From positions 64,001 to 128,000 of IMG/VR virus record IMGVR_UViG_3300017917_002918: 64,000 nt of DNA. The stretch is one strand, 5' to 3'. Positions within the stretch are counted from its first letter, which is position 1. The number at the start of each line of letters is the position of its first letter. Below the pieces are notes generated by a model that saw nothing but the letters and a program-made list of their open reading frames with translations, did no database searches and was not told the DNA's origin. Source of the DNA: a virus. Made by a program: the position numbers and the translations under genes. Shown here in pieces: positions 1-10,318 of this stretch.

Positions 1-801
1 CTTATCTTTCTTTTGGTAATTACAATTTTTATAATTATAATTTAATTTATGTACATTGTATTTCGATGACCAATCTATTAGCCATTCAGTCCGTAGTATA
101 TTGGACATTGCAAACTTAATCCCACCACTATTTAATTTATCCAAAAACTCAAATAATTCTAAATCTGAATTTTTATTCCAACCACCATTTTCATTATATG
201 AAGCAATTGTAGCTGAGTAAGGTGGATCTGCGTACACAAAATCATCTTTCTTAATTATGCTAATTGGAAGTGTTACAAAGTCTTTTGATATGAATTTTAT
301 ATTTTTCTTATTAATATGGTTTACAAAAGTAACAAATTTTTGTTCTAATGTAGCATTAAAACTACTTCTATTTTTTCCAAAAGGCATATTAAATTGTCCC
401 TGTTTATTGAATCTTATTTGATTATTAAATCCATAACAGATTAAAGTGTAAAGTATATCCCAGTTTTTATTTCCATTATTATAAGCTTCTCTTAATTTTA
501 GATATCCTTCTTGATTTTCTTTTGATAACGAATATTCATTAATTAAACTATGTATCATATTTGTCATTTCTAAACTACTATATATCTTACAGGCATTCAA
601 AAATTCAATTAACTGTGGCATAATATCATTTGCTATGATTCTATTAGCATTTACATTTATTGATACATTACATCCACCACAAAATAAATCATAAAATGTA
701 TCTATGTTTTCTGGGAACAGTGGTATTATTTGTGGAAGCAATTTATACTTGCCACCTGTATAATTTAAACAGGATTTTATGTATTGATTATTGTTATTCA
801 T
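1..801 (-). CDS. Dam/D12-class N6-adenine DNA methyltransferase (3' end outside window)
   Basis: Not in the ORF track. Manual translation from ATG at 801 gives MNNNQYIKSCLNYTGGKYKLL...DLFCGG...IRFNKQGQFNMPFG...YADPPY, i.e. the alpha-class motifs. The frame is open to the window edge. Confidence 0.9.
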   Translation of the reverse strand, partial: MNNNNQYIKSCLNYTGGKYKLLPQIIPLFPENIDTFYDLFCGGCNVSINVNANRIIANDIMPQLIEFLNACKIYSSLEMTNMIHSLINEYSLSKENQEGYLKLREAYNNGNKNWDILYTLICYGFNNQIRFNKQGQFNMPFGKNRSSFNATLEQKFVTFVNHINKKNIKFISKDFVTLPISIIKKDDFVYADPPYSATIASYNENGGWNKNSDLELFEFLDKLNSGGIKFAMSNILRTEWLIDWSSKYNVHKLNYNYKNCNYQKKDK

Positions 802-809
802 TTACCCAC

Positions 810-1151
810 CTACCTTTTCATATTTACATTACCACCTGCATCAACTCCACCTTCAACCTTACCACAATGGACATTTCCACCAGCGTCTACATTTTTATAC
901 ACATCGCCACAGTGTACATTGCCACCAGCTTCAACATCACCTTTAACATTTCCATTAATAGTAGCATTTCCACCTGTTGACAATGATGCTAAATCACCTT
1001 CAAATTTAATTTCCACTATTCCATTATACTTATCTCCAACTTGAGTACCACCAACATATATTGAATTGTTATTTATCACAATATTAGACGAACCGTTAGT
1101 TTCATATCGTACATGATTTATATATATTGCACACATATTAATTACCTCCAA
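810..1151 (-). CDS. Hypothetical protein with GGNV/GDV repeats (beta-helix-like)
   Basis: Repeated VxAGGNVHCG units; RBS GGAGG suggests a start near 1136. Confidence 0.6.
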   Translation of the reverse strand: MEVINMCAIYINHVRYETNGSSNIVINNNSIYVGGTQVGDKYNGIVEIKFEGDLASLSTGGNATINGNVKGDVEAGGNVHCGDVYKNVDAGGNVHCGKVEGGVDAGGNVNMKR

Positions 1152-1167
1152 TTTTATATTTTAATTA

Positions 1168-1488
1168 TTAATCATTGATTCGTGTACATTTAAAATCAAA
1201 CATCTTACTCTTCCTATAATAGTCTACCTCATAGCAATCCAGATCGGCTAACTCTAGCAACCTAATCACATCATCACACATGGTGAAACTGAGATATGGC
1301 ATTTTAACGATTACAACGCCCGAACCATATCTCTCACTTGTCCAACCAATATTAGCTTTCTCTTTCTTGATGTTGTCATATACTTCTTTGATTTTAACCT
1401 TATGTAGCTCTTTCTTGTCTTCTGACAGATTTTTAATCCGTTGATGTGACTCTAATAATTTAATTAATCTTGAAAATATATAATTCAC
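1168..1488 (-). CDS. Hypothetical protein
   Basis: ORF in co-directional array with RBS. Confidence 0.55.
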   Translation of the reverse strand: MNYIFSRLIKLLESHQRIKNLSEDKKELHKVKIKEVYDNIKKEKANIGWTSERYGSGVVIVKMPYLSFTMCDDVIRLLELADLDCYEVDYYRKSKMFDFKCTRIND

Positions 1489-1562
1489 ACCTCTCTAATT
1501 TAAATTTGTCACTCCCCTAAAAAAATAATAATATATTAATATTATCATAATTTAATTACTTG

Positions 1563-2102
1563 TCAATAGTCTTTCGTTAAACTCCAATCTTCAACTAATC
1601 TCTTTGGTAACTTACTTTGCTTAACTACAACATTTGGTTCAGCATACATAATTTCACGTTCACCTGTAGTTTCATTGATCATCATTAACCATGTAGCCGA
1701 TAGTCCTTCTGGCATATATAATCCATTTGGATCTGCTTGAGGGATTGTTACATTTCCTCCACCACTTTGACCATATTCTAGAATTTGTTGTGGATTTGTA
1801 TATTGAACACTATAAGGCAATCCATACCCAAAACATTTACCTAAATATATAAACTTACCATTCATTGCCTGTGTGTAAGCAAAACAAACTAATTTACTAT
1901 TATCTCTTAACTCGAATATTTCTTTAGCCATTTTCTTTTCATAAAATTCTTTTATATTTGGCATACCTATTTGATTATTCATTTGATTCAATGCTTGTTT
2001 TGTCTGTTGCGTTTGCTTCTCTTCTGCGGTTGGTTTGTACTCTCCACAACCTACAAACAACAATGATAATACTAAGCTTAGTGCAATAATATATTTTTTC
2101 AT
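1563..2102 (-). CDS. Phage lipoprotein
   Basis: Signal peptide with lipobox LFVG-C. Confidence 0.7.
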   Translation of the reverse strand: MKKYIIALSLVLSLLFVGCGEYKPTAEEKQTQQTKQALNQMNNQIGMPNIKEFYEKKMAKEIFELRDNSKLVCFAYTQAMNGKFIYLGKCFGYGLPYSVQYTNPQQILEYGQSGGGNVTIPQADPNGLYMPEGLSATWLMMINETTGEREIMYAEPNVVVKQSKLPKRLVEDWSLTKDY

Positions 2103-2103
2103 A

Positions 2104-2442
2104 TTAATATCCTCCTCTCATTCTTCTTAGAAATTCCTTTAGTGACTCATCTTTTAGTGTCTCAATGTCAAAATCAGCATATTTACTCCTAATTAAATTA
2201 GCTATTGCCATTCTTGCTGTTTCATCTTTTTCTTTTTCCATTTCAAATCTATACTTTGCTAAATCACTTGCCATTCCTTCAATATAAGTTTTATTCTCTT
2301 TAAAGATTTCTCTTTCAACATTAGCTCTTTCAACGCCAAAATATTTGTAGAATTGTAAATCTACCAAACCTAGTCCTGCTGATAAAGCAATTACTAACAC
2401 AAATGCTAAAATTGACAATCCAATACCTTTTAAAATATTCAT
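2104..2442 (-). CDS. Membrane-anchored hypothetical protein, coupled to the lipoprotein gene
   Basis: N-terminal hydrophobic helix; start MNILKG with RBS GGAGGAG. Confidence 0.6.
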   Translation of the reverse strand: MNILKGIGLSILAFVLVIALSAGLGLVDLQFYKYFGVERANVEREIFKENKTYIEGMASDLAKYRFEMEKEKDETARMAIANLIRSKYADFDIETLKDESLKEFLRRMRGGY

Positions 2443-2795
2443 TTTATCTCCTCCGACTTGATTAATTTGTTTATATTTTTTCCACACTTCAAAACAAAAT
2501 CTTCGCTCATATCGACTTGATAATCCATTTTAGTTACAACTTCATCATTAATTCTAATTGCATTTTGCATTATCATTCTTCTTGCGGATGATTTTGATGG
2601 ACATATTTCTTCCCTTAATAACAATTCAATTATATTCATAGTGTTTGTATTACCATCCTTTCTCTTATCAGTTAGTTTCCACAATCCATATTTATAATGG
2701 AATATTTTATTTTCAGTCTCTATCCTCAATTCAGAACACAAAGCTACAATTAGCATTACAATTGATCCTATTGCCAGATATGTCATATTAATCAC
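2439..2795 (-). CDS. S4 RNA-binding domain protein
   Basis: IIELLL...SKSSARRMIMQNAIRINDEVV...VLKCGK resembles the TyrRS C-terminal S4 domain. Confidence 0.7.
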   Translation of the reverse strand: MINMTYLAIGSIVMLIVALCSELRIETENKIFHYKYGLWKLTDKRKDGNTNTMNIIELLLREEICPSKSSARRMIMQNAIRINDEVVTKMDYQVDMSEDFVLKCGKNINKLIKSEEIK

Positions 2796-2820
2796 CCGAA
2801 CCTTTCTTCCCTTTTAATTA

Positions 2821-3090
2821 TTATTGCACTACGTACCAATCTTCCGCAAGGATACTATCGGTAGATGGAGTATAAGGACTAACTTTGCCATCAACATTCC
2901 TAATTGCAAAATATGCATTGTACTTAACCATATCTCCAAATTCCTTTTTTGCTACTTCTGTCCTAGCGGGATAAGAATTTTCAGGTACATAATACACAAA
3001 TACGTCTTCCCTCCATTGTTTGCGAGATACTTTGAATCCTTGTTTCATAGCTACAACTGCCTCTCCAAATGTTTCAATACAAGGTATCAT
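2821..3090 (-). CDS. DUF2829 / Tad2-like anti-defence (signal-sponge) protein
   Basis: TFGEAV.AMK.G.KVSRK.W ... YTPS..SILAEDW matches the DUF2829 pattern. Confidence 0.75.
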   Translation of the reverse strand: MIPCIETFGEAVVAMKQGFKVSRKQWREDVFVYYVPENSYPARTEVAKKEFGDMVKYNAYFAIRNVDGKVSPYTPSTDSILAEDWYVVQ

Positions 3091-3106
3091 TTCTTCATTT
3101 CTCCTT

Positions 3107-3508
3107 TTAATTTAATTTAACTATATATCTAATCAGAGAATTATTCTCTGCTAACCTAATTAAGTGTTCCAAAATATAATCTTTACTATCATAGAACGCT
3201 ACCAATACAGCAACATCATCGTCTTGTATTACATACTCAACCATTTTTTCATTCCTGATATATCCTGCTCTGGACTTGTGTTCTTCCCATTTAATAGGGA
3301 ATTTAGTAGTCCATATACCAAATTCTCTCCCTAAATCCCAAGCCATGTAGTCTATAGTATATGAACCACCTGTAACAAACTCTAAATTGAACTGTGTGAT
3401 GTTGTGATTACTCTTTTTCAACTCTTTCATAATATCCAATACAGTTTTCCTGAAAAAAGAGTAATCACTAAAGTTTCTTGAACCTATAATTATAATTCTC
3501 ATACTCAA
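3107..3508 (-). CDS. SLOG/YspA-like (DUF2493) protein
   Basis: IIIIGSRNFSDY...VTGG...W..HKSRAGYIRNEKMV...LVAFYD. Confidence 0.75.
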   Translation of the reverse strand: MSMRIIIIGSRNFSDYSFFRKTVLDIMKELKKSNHNITQFNLEFVTGGSYTIDYMAWDLGREFGIWTTKFPIKWEEHKSRAGYIRNEKMVEYVIQDDDVAVLVAFYDSKDYILEHLIRLAENNSLIRYIVKLN

Positions 3509-4417
3509 TCACCACTTCGTCTTCATAATAGGCTTAAACACATTATTGCTAACCAAACTACCTAATACATTGCTTTTCATTTTTGACTTATTGCTACTAA
3601 GGCTCATATCATAATCATAAATACAATGACTACATGTTTGAACAACTTTTCTATTCATTGTATTAGAAGGCTCAAACTCAACATTACCACATGACATGCA
3701 GAACACTGTATCATACATAATTTACCCTACCTTTCTCTAGTTCCTCTTTTGCCTTGTAGAGTATACGTTGTGAGTTTCGCAATATATCGCTATCTGTTTC
3801 ACTCATGAATTGCCATTTATCACGAACGTTCATAACTAAGAATACTGCCTCTAAGGCTTCAACTAACTCTTCGTTTTGTGTCTTTAGTCTGTCAATTTCC
3901 ATTCCAGTGTTCATTGCTATAGAATTACTCAAATCAGACAAGCACTTGTTTCTTTGCTCTAGTTGTTTAATCCTTTGCAATAAATCGAACACATCATGCA
4001 TACCATTATCGCTCATAACATCCACCTCACTATGTATTATTTTATTTTTTTGAAATCTGTTACCTCTATTGGTGCTTCCAATTCGGCTTTTGAATCTGAA
4101 AATACAACTCTTTTCTTTAACTTATCTTTCATATTCTTTAACTTTTGTCTATCAACTAACTTACCGATTAATCCCTTTTTGTGCTTTGATAAATTGGTAC
4201 TAAGTTCCTTAAAGTATACTTCTACAGCAGCTAATGGAGCTGACAATGCTTCTCTTTCTGCGTACAGTCTCTTATAATCTTCAAATGCAACTTCCTTGTC
4301 TTGATTATTTAGTAGGTCGAAATTCTTGTCGATTAGATTTAATTGATTGTCTAGTTTTACAATCTTCTCGATACTTTCCTCTACCATTTTAACTGCATTT
4401 AGCACATCATTTCTCAT
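3509..4417 (-). other. Three small hypothetical CDSs (3509-3718, 3711-4025, 4037-4417)
   Basis: Tightly packed co-directional ORFs with RBSs; the first has a CxxC pair. Confidence 0.55.
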
Positions 4418-4450
4418 AAAAAGTCCCCCTTTAATTTTTATATTATTGTT

Positions 4451-5224
4451 TTATTGTTTCTTGGCATTCATTATTTCTTTATACCCTTTGCTTATTGTGC
4501 TAATTATATAATTTCTAGTTTTTTCACTTGCCCAATCAGGTCTTTGTCCATACCTTGACACATAGCAGGTTAAATCAACTCCCGATAAACCTAGTGATTT
4601 ACCTTTGTTGTAGTATCTAACCAATTCTGGCATTTGATAGGTTGCATTATATGTCACATCATATAGCTTATTTTTATCGGCATTAGGATGTGAAAATGTA
4701 TTAACCTGAAATATACCTCTTGAGTCTTCTTTTGCTGTTAGAGTTCTGCATTTTGGATTAAATGAAGATTCATACTTTGCGATAGGATACCACACCGTTT
4801 CAGGAAGTCCTTCTTTATCTCCAACTTCTTTCAAAGCATCAAACACCCATTGTGGACATGTTAATTTAGTATAATCATAACCTCTTGCTTCCGAACCCCT
4901 ATTAACCAATACTACAACTGGTTTAGACGTTGTACCTATTGGACTAACTAAATTTGATAAGTTTGATGTAGGTGATGGAGCAGGATTTGATACTACTGAC
5001 ATCATAATATTCGTAGGTGTATTTATTGTTTTTGGAACTTCAGAAGCCTTAACCTTATCATCATAATCTGGTAGCAAACCTGCCAATGTAACTCCTGCAA
5101 TCATAGCTGGTACAATAAACTTAAATGAAACACTATTGCTTGGTTTGACGGGTTTACCATTTGCACGTTCTATCTTAATCATTTTCGTCACATCCTCTCT
5201 AATTAAATTCAATTTGTTTAACAT
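4451..5224 (-). CDS. Membrane-anchored lytic transglycosylase (SLT/lysozyme-like)
   Basis: IAKYESSFNP...DSRGIFQVN...LYDVTYNA SLT motifs; N-terminal hydrophobic segment and P/S/T-rich linker. Confidence 0.8.
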   Translation of the reverse strand: MLNKLNLIREDVTKMIKIERANGKPVKPSNSVSFKFIVPAMIAGVTLAGLLPDYDDKVKASEVPKTINTPTNIMMSVVSNPAPSPTSNLSNLVSPIGTTSKPVVVLVNRGSEARGYDYTKLTCPQWVFDALKEVGDKEGLPETVWYPIAKYESSFNPKCRTLTAKEDSRGIFQVNTFSHPNADKNKLYDVTYNATYQMPELVRYYNKGKSLGLSGVDLTCYVSRYGQRPDWASEKTRNYIISTISKGYKEIMNAKKQ

Positions 5225-5717
5225 CCGATTTGTTGTTCACAATAGCTTCATATCTACGTTGAAAATCTCTTAATGACAAAATTAAATCTTTTTGGTTCAT
5301 GTGAGCCATACCCGTTACCAAATCATCTGCTGTCAATGTTTCAAATTTATATGTATTGAAGTAGTCAGCAACACTTTTGTTACCCTTATATCTAACATAA
5401 GCAAGGTATATATTACCCTCAGACTTTATAAGTGCTTTGTTATATGCTTCAAAAATCTGTTTAAGTGAATCCTCTGTGATTTGCTTCTTGTCTATTAATG
5501 CCAATGCAACATTTTTGTCCAAACCTACTTCATCAGCTTTAGCTTCTATTATTCTTTGTGCAACTGAGCATTCATCGCCTATGGACATTCCAGCTTTGAT
5601 TTGAGTTAATCCTTTGTCACCATAGGTTTCTTGGTAAGAGAATTTGGCTGACAACACAATAAATGCTACTGCTATAATTGTTACAACTGCGATTGATAAT
5701 TTTTTCATAATTAACAC
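5199..5717 (-). CDS. Secreted or membrane hypothetical protein
   Basis: N-terminal signal/TM segment; overlaps the SLT gene. Confidence 0.55.
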   Translation of the reverse strand: MLIMKKLSIAVVTIIAVAFIVLSAKFSYQETYGDKGLTQIKAGMSIGDECSVAQRIIEAKADEVGLDKNVALALIDKKQITEDSLKQIFEAYNKALIKSEGNIYLAYVRYKGNKSVADYFNTYKFETLTADDLVTGMAHMNQKDLILSLRDFQRRYEAIVNNKSDVKQIEFN

Positions 5718-5767
5718 CCCTTTTTATAATTTAATTTAGTTATATTGGTTATATTGTTACTTATGTA

Positions 5768-6926
5768 TTATTTTGTTTTGTTCTTATCTTCCTCATAACA
5801 CTTAGGTGAACATACCCTAGGATTTATAGGTTGTCCTTTACACCAACAATTCCAACCAGAACAGTGATACTCAGCTTCCCATGTGAATGAATTCTTACAC
5901 ACCTTACAATTAGTTATGCACTTTGTCATTGTCATAAACTTTTCACCCACTCTACTGTATAGTATATAATCGCTGCAATAAATACTAGTGTTAGTAAAAC
6001 TGAATTTACAGCTATACACCAGTATAAAATCATTAATATAGACTCCATGATTTACACCACCTTTTCACGAAGTATTGGAATTAATATATTCTTGCCCATA
6101 GTTCGTATGTAATGTGCTTCAGGATCTCTCTTGCTTATTGTATACATTATGCTTAATGCGTTTTTAACAAGTTCCTCTGGTGTTCGATTATAGTGCTCAC
6201 ACATTCCAAAAATCAGCCTTTCCTCATCTTCATTTAATTTGACATTAATCTCCATTAGCTCAATCATCATAATTATCCCTCCAATTCCTTTGAAAACTCT
6301 TACCTCTTCTTGATATTCCAAGTTCTGCGCTATATTGTCGTAACCTCATTGAATACTCTGGAAACATCTTTGTTTGTTCTTTACTCTCAAAAATATTAGT
6401 TATAAGACACCTTTCATCATCTACAACTACTCTCATATTACCTATTAAATAAACAGATTTTGTTGGACTAATATCTCTGTATAATCCGAGTTCATCACAG
6501 GTTTTTATATGTGCAGTCAATCTTCTTTTTGGTAATTCGCCAGTATGGTCGATCAATGCTCCATTATGCAATCTCTCATACTCCTTCAATGCTTTAAAGC
6601 TAATTTTAAATGGTTGCATAATTATCAGCTCCTTATTGGTTGATTTTTCATTACTGGATTTTTAAACAATAACCACAAAGTTACAACTACCACTATTACC
6701 TTTAAAACTAGAGCCTCACTCATCGTAATCACCCCACCAATCTTTGTTCTTTGCACATATTGAGTGCTATTCCAAAAACCCTTATGAAATCTCGCATTGT
6801 CGGATTTGAATAATGATATGTAATATCTGCATTTGCACTTCTTAAAGCAAATTCATATTGTCCCTGTGTCATTTGACCAAATTCACTTTCCATTATTGAT
6901 TTTGAAATATTCCACTTTCTAATCAT
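5768..6926 (-). other. Small hypothetical CDSs (5768-6019, 6052-6321, 6260-6619, 6729-6926)
   Basis: Co-directional ORFs downstream of the promoter at 7139-7167. Confidence 0.5.
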
Positions 6927-7138
6927 AAGCCACCTCCATAATCATAATTTAATTACAAATTCTTTTAAATTAATTGAAAACAATTCATACTATCCAATTA
7001 ACCCACTTTATAACTTGATTACTTTACATTGCTATAGTTTGCTAATTCTTCTGTCGATTTAAAAGAATATCTGAAGGGTCTTTTCACCCGAACATAGAAT
7101 TAAATCTATTTAAAGAGTTTTCTTAACTCCATAATTTA

Positions 7139-7167
7139 ATTATACAGCATAGGAAATATATTGTCAA
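7139..7167 (-). promoter_or_regulatory. SigA-type promoter flanked by operator motifs
   Basis: TTGACA-17bp-TATAAT; operator copies at 7130-7142 and 7175-7189. Confidence 0.8.
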
Positions 7168-7201
7168 TACTATTATCATAATTTAACTATATAAAATAAA
7201 A

Positions 7202-7224
7202 ATAGGGAGAATAATTCTCCCTAT
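7202..7224 (-). terminator. Intrinsic terminator after ligA
   Basis: ATAGGGAGAA-TAA-TTCTCCCTAT hairpin followed by a T-rich run on the minus strand. Confidence 0.7.
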
Positions 7225-7236
7225 ACCTTACCATGA

Positions 7237-9234
7237 TTAAAATAAATCAATTCCGACAAACTCCATGAATTCAATTTCATTCATGATTTGTACACCATGC
7301 TTCTGTGCATCTTGACTCTTTTTACTACCCGAACCCTTATCATTTGATACCAATATGTTTGTTTTAGCTGATACAGATCCAGTATTCTTCGCTCCAAGTG
7401 AAACGATTAATTCTTCAAGTTTCTTCCTTGGTTTATAATGAACAAAATCACCTGTGATACAAATAACCATACCTGATAAGTCCTTTAATCCTGTATTCTT
7501 GTTCTCTACAGGTTTCTTTATATTAACAATACCTGTCAATTCTATAAGGTCTTGAATGTATGTGTTAAAGTACCAGTTATATATGGAATCATGTGTCGTA
7601 GTACCAAAATCCTCTATAACAGTAAAGTCAAATCTATTAACTAAGGCACTCAAGAATTTGTCCATATCATGATTCAAATGTTTTGCAATTGCCTTAGATG
7701 CTGACCTACCGATTAATGGTATACTTTGCGAATAGATTACTCTATACATTTCAGTATCTTTAGCTTTTTCAATTGATTCAATTAATTTATTGTATGATTT
7801 AGTTCCAAATCCATCCATTTTAATGATTTGAGCCTTGTATTGTTCGAGTTTAAATATATCATTAAATTTCTTAATAAAGCCTTTCTCAACTAATTTTTCG
7901 AGTGTCTGTTCACTCAATCCATCTATGTTCATTGCATCCCTAGAAACAAAGTGTGATAATTTCTTTATAAATTTAGCTGAACAATTTTCATTTGTACAAA
8001 TTAATACTTTACTCGCATTGTCTTGTCTGATCTCTACCTCACCTTTACAAACAGGACACTCACAAGGAATAACAATGTTATTGCTTCTCGTACTATTTTC
8101 TACAACTTGAGGTATGATTTGATTTGCCTTAATTACACCAATTGAATCACCTATACCAAGCTCTAATTCTTCCATAATACTAATATTATGCAGACTTGCT
8201 CTAGACACAGTAGTACCATCTATTTCAACTGGCTCAAATATAGCAACTGGTGTGATATAATTCTTGCCACAACTCCACTCTATATCTAACAATTTGGTTT
8301 CGCTTACTTCATCCTCAAACTTATATGCTAGACTATCTAGTTTGTGATGTGAAGTTGCACCCAACGTCTCACTATACGACACTGATTCATAACTAATTAC
8401 TAGACCATCAATGGGTAATCCTCGTTGTTGAGCTATCCATTTCATATCTGCAATACATGTTTCAAGAACTGTTGAATTTGGATCTTTATTGTCTTTTTCA
8501 TACTCTTTATTATACTTCATATTATATATTGTCCAGAATCCTTGTGAGCCTAACCACTCTAATCTTTCTGACTTATAATCGGGTAGTTCCATTTCACATT
8601 CAAGCACACTGAACGCATAAAAGTATACATGTCTGTCAGCACAGTTTTTACTATTTAATTGTCTAACACTACCAGATGTAAGGTTTCTAGGATTTTTATA
8701 CTTTTCTTCGTCAGGCAACTTAGAATTAATCATTTCAAAATCATTGTAATGAATTACTGCTTCACCTGTTACAACAAGTCTACCTTGATATGGTATAGAT
8801 AATGGGATGTTTTTAAACGTCTTTACATTCTGTGTGATTTCTTCGCCAATTGTTCCTGAGCCTCGTGATGATCCTTCAATTAATTTCCCATTCTCATATA
8901 CAAGTTTTACAGTTAGTCCGTCAGCTTTAGTCATAACGAGCACATCTTTATCACCTATAAACATTGACAAAGCATCTATTGATTTTGTTTTGTCTAGACT
9001 CAAAAGTGGCACAGAATGTTCTATTTTGTTTAATTTACTTGTCACTTCGTAACCCACGGTAATTGTTGGGCTATTAGAGATTACATAACCTGTTTCTTTT
9101 TCAAGCTGTGATAGTTCGTCAAAAAGCTTGTCATAGTCGGAATCACTAACTGTCGGTTGTGCAAGGTTATAATACTCGTGACGATATTGATTCAATTCAT
9201 TTGCCAATTCATTAATTCTCTGTATTTTCTCCAT
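7237..9234 (-). CDS. ligA: NAD-dependent DNA ligase
   Basis: KADG adenylation motif, NPRN, DGLV, C4 zinc finger, HhH repeats, C-terminal BRCT. Confidence 0.97.
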   Translation of the reverse strand: MEKIQRINELANELNQYRHEYYNLAQPTVSDSDYDKLFDELSQLEKETGYVISNSPTITVGYEVTSKLNKIEHSVPLLSLDKTKSIDALSMFIGDKDVLVMTKADGLTVKLVYENGKLIEGSSRGSGTIGEEITQNVKTFKNIPLSIPYQGRLVVTGEAVIHYNDFEMINSKLPDEEKYKNPRNLTSGSVRQLNSKNCADRHVYFYAFSVLECEMELPDYKSERLEWLGSQGFWTIYNMKYNKEYEKDNKDPNSTVLETCIADMKWIAQQRGLPIDGLVISYESVSYSETLGATSHHKLDSLAYKFEDEVSETKLLDIEWSCGKNYITPVAIFEPVEIDGTTVSRASLHNISIMEELELGIGDSIGVIKANQIIPQVVENSTRSNNIVIPCECPVCKGEVEIRQDNASKVLICTNENCSAKFIKKLSHFVSRDAMNIDGLSEQTLEKLVEKGFIKKFNDIFKLEQYKAQIIKMDGFGTKSYNKLIESIEKAKDTEMYRVIYSQSIPLIGRSASKAIAKHLNHDMDKFLSALVNRFDFTVIEDFGTTTHDSIYNWYFNTYIQDLIELTGIVNIKKPVENKNTGLKDLSGMVICITGDFVHYKPRKKLEELIVSLGAKNTGSVSAKTNILVSNDKGSGSKKSQDAQKHGVQIMNEIEFMEFVGIDLF

Positions 9235-9271
9235 TTTTAAATCTCCTTATTTTGATTATTATTTTATATTA

Positions 9272-10225
9272 TCATAAATTAAATACTAGGTCAATTATTT
9301 TATCCTTTACATTTCCATTAATTGGATTTCCTCCAGCCGAAAAATGACCTCCACCGCCCATTTGTTTGGCTACGACACTCACATCCACCTTACCAGTACC
9401 TCTATAGCTTACTGCATAGGATGGATTAATCATTGCAACAAAATCTATATCAGGATTTAACTTACACAATGTGTTACCTAATTCAGATGTATACATCTCA
9501 GAGAATACAATTCCAACATTATAACCCATTATTTCTCTCTTGATTATGTATTTGTTTTTAGTTTCAATATACTTGTCAATATCACGTTGTCTATACTCTA
9601 ATAGTTTTAAATCAAATTTATTCAACTTTACAGCTACTTCATTTTTGATCTGTATCTCAATTTTAGACACAAACTCATCTCTACCAATTATGTACAATAA
9701 ATCGTTAAATTGTTTTGGTGTTACATCGTTATATTTTGTTTGCCATAACCATGTGTCATATTTTCTAACTATTTCACAATATGAGCGCAATCTGTCATAC
9801 ATATCTTTGTTCATTTCACTTAATTCCCACATGCGATTAAGACAATTGAGAAACAAACTAGTACCACATGTCAATTCACCATTAACTTCAACAAGAACTC
9901 CTGCCCAATCATAGTTATTCAAGTATTCTGCTGTTTTGTGGTGATCTCGTAATGTTACCATATTGCACAGTCTATGTACTTTATTTGGTGTTATTGTTAC
10001 TTCAGATTCTATTAACTCTGCTACTTCCACACTCACCGACAAATCAGTTATGTACACATGATCATAAGCTAAATATTCTTTGTTAGTAATGAATCTTTGT
10101 ACCTTTTCATTAATATCTCCTGGATGTGCATATTCAATGTCTACATCTTTGTTGTAGACTACTTTTGCAACAATTCCACATGAAATACCATCTAAATCGC
10201 TGTCTGTAAATAATTTAACTTTCAT
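9272..10225 (-). CDS. DHH/DHHA1 phosphoesterase (NrnB/oligoribonuclease-like)
   Basis: DSDLDG, TD, DHH and GGGGH motifs. Confidence 0.88.
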   Translation of the reverse strand: MKVKLFTDSDLDGISCGIVAKVVYNKDVDIEYAHPGDINEKVQRFITNKEYLAYDHVYITDLSVSVEVAELIESEVTITPNKVHRLCNMVTLRDHHKTAEYLNNYDWAGVLVEVNGELTCGTSLFLNCLNRMWELSEMNKDMYDRLRSYCEIVRKYDTWLWQTKYNDVTPKQFNDLLYIIGRDEFVSKIEIQIKNEVAVKLNKFDLKLLEYRQRDIDKYIETKNKYIIKREIMGYNVGIVFSEMYTSELGNTLCKLNPDIDFVAMINPSYAVSYRGTGKVDVSVVAKQMGGGGHFSAGGNPINGNVKDKIIDLVFNL

Positions 10226-10318
10226 AAAGTCACCATCCTTTTCTTTGTTATAGAAAAATTCTCTTACATTAATTATAACATAAGAGAATTTAAAGTCAAT
10301 ATTATCATAATTTAATTA

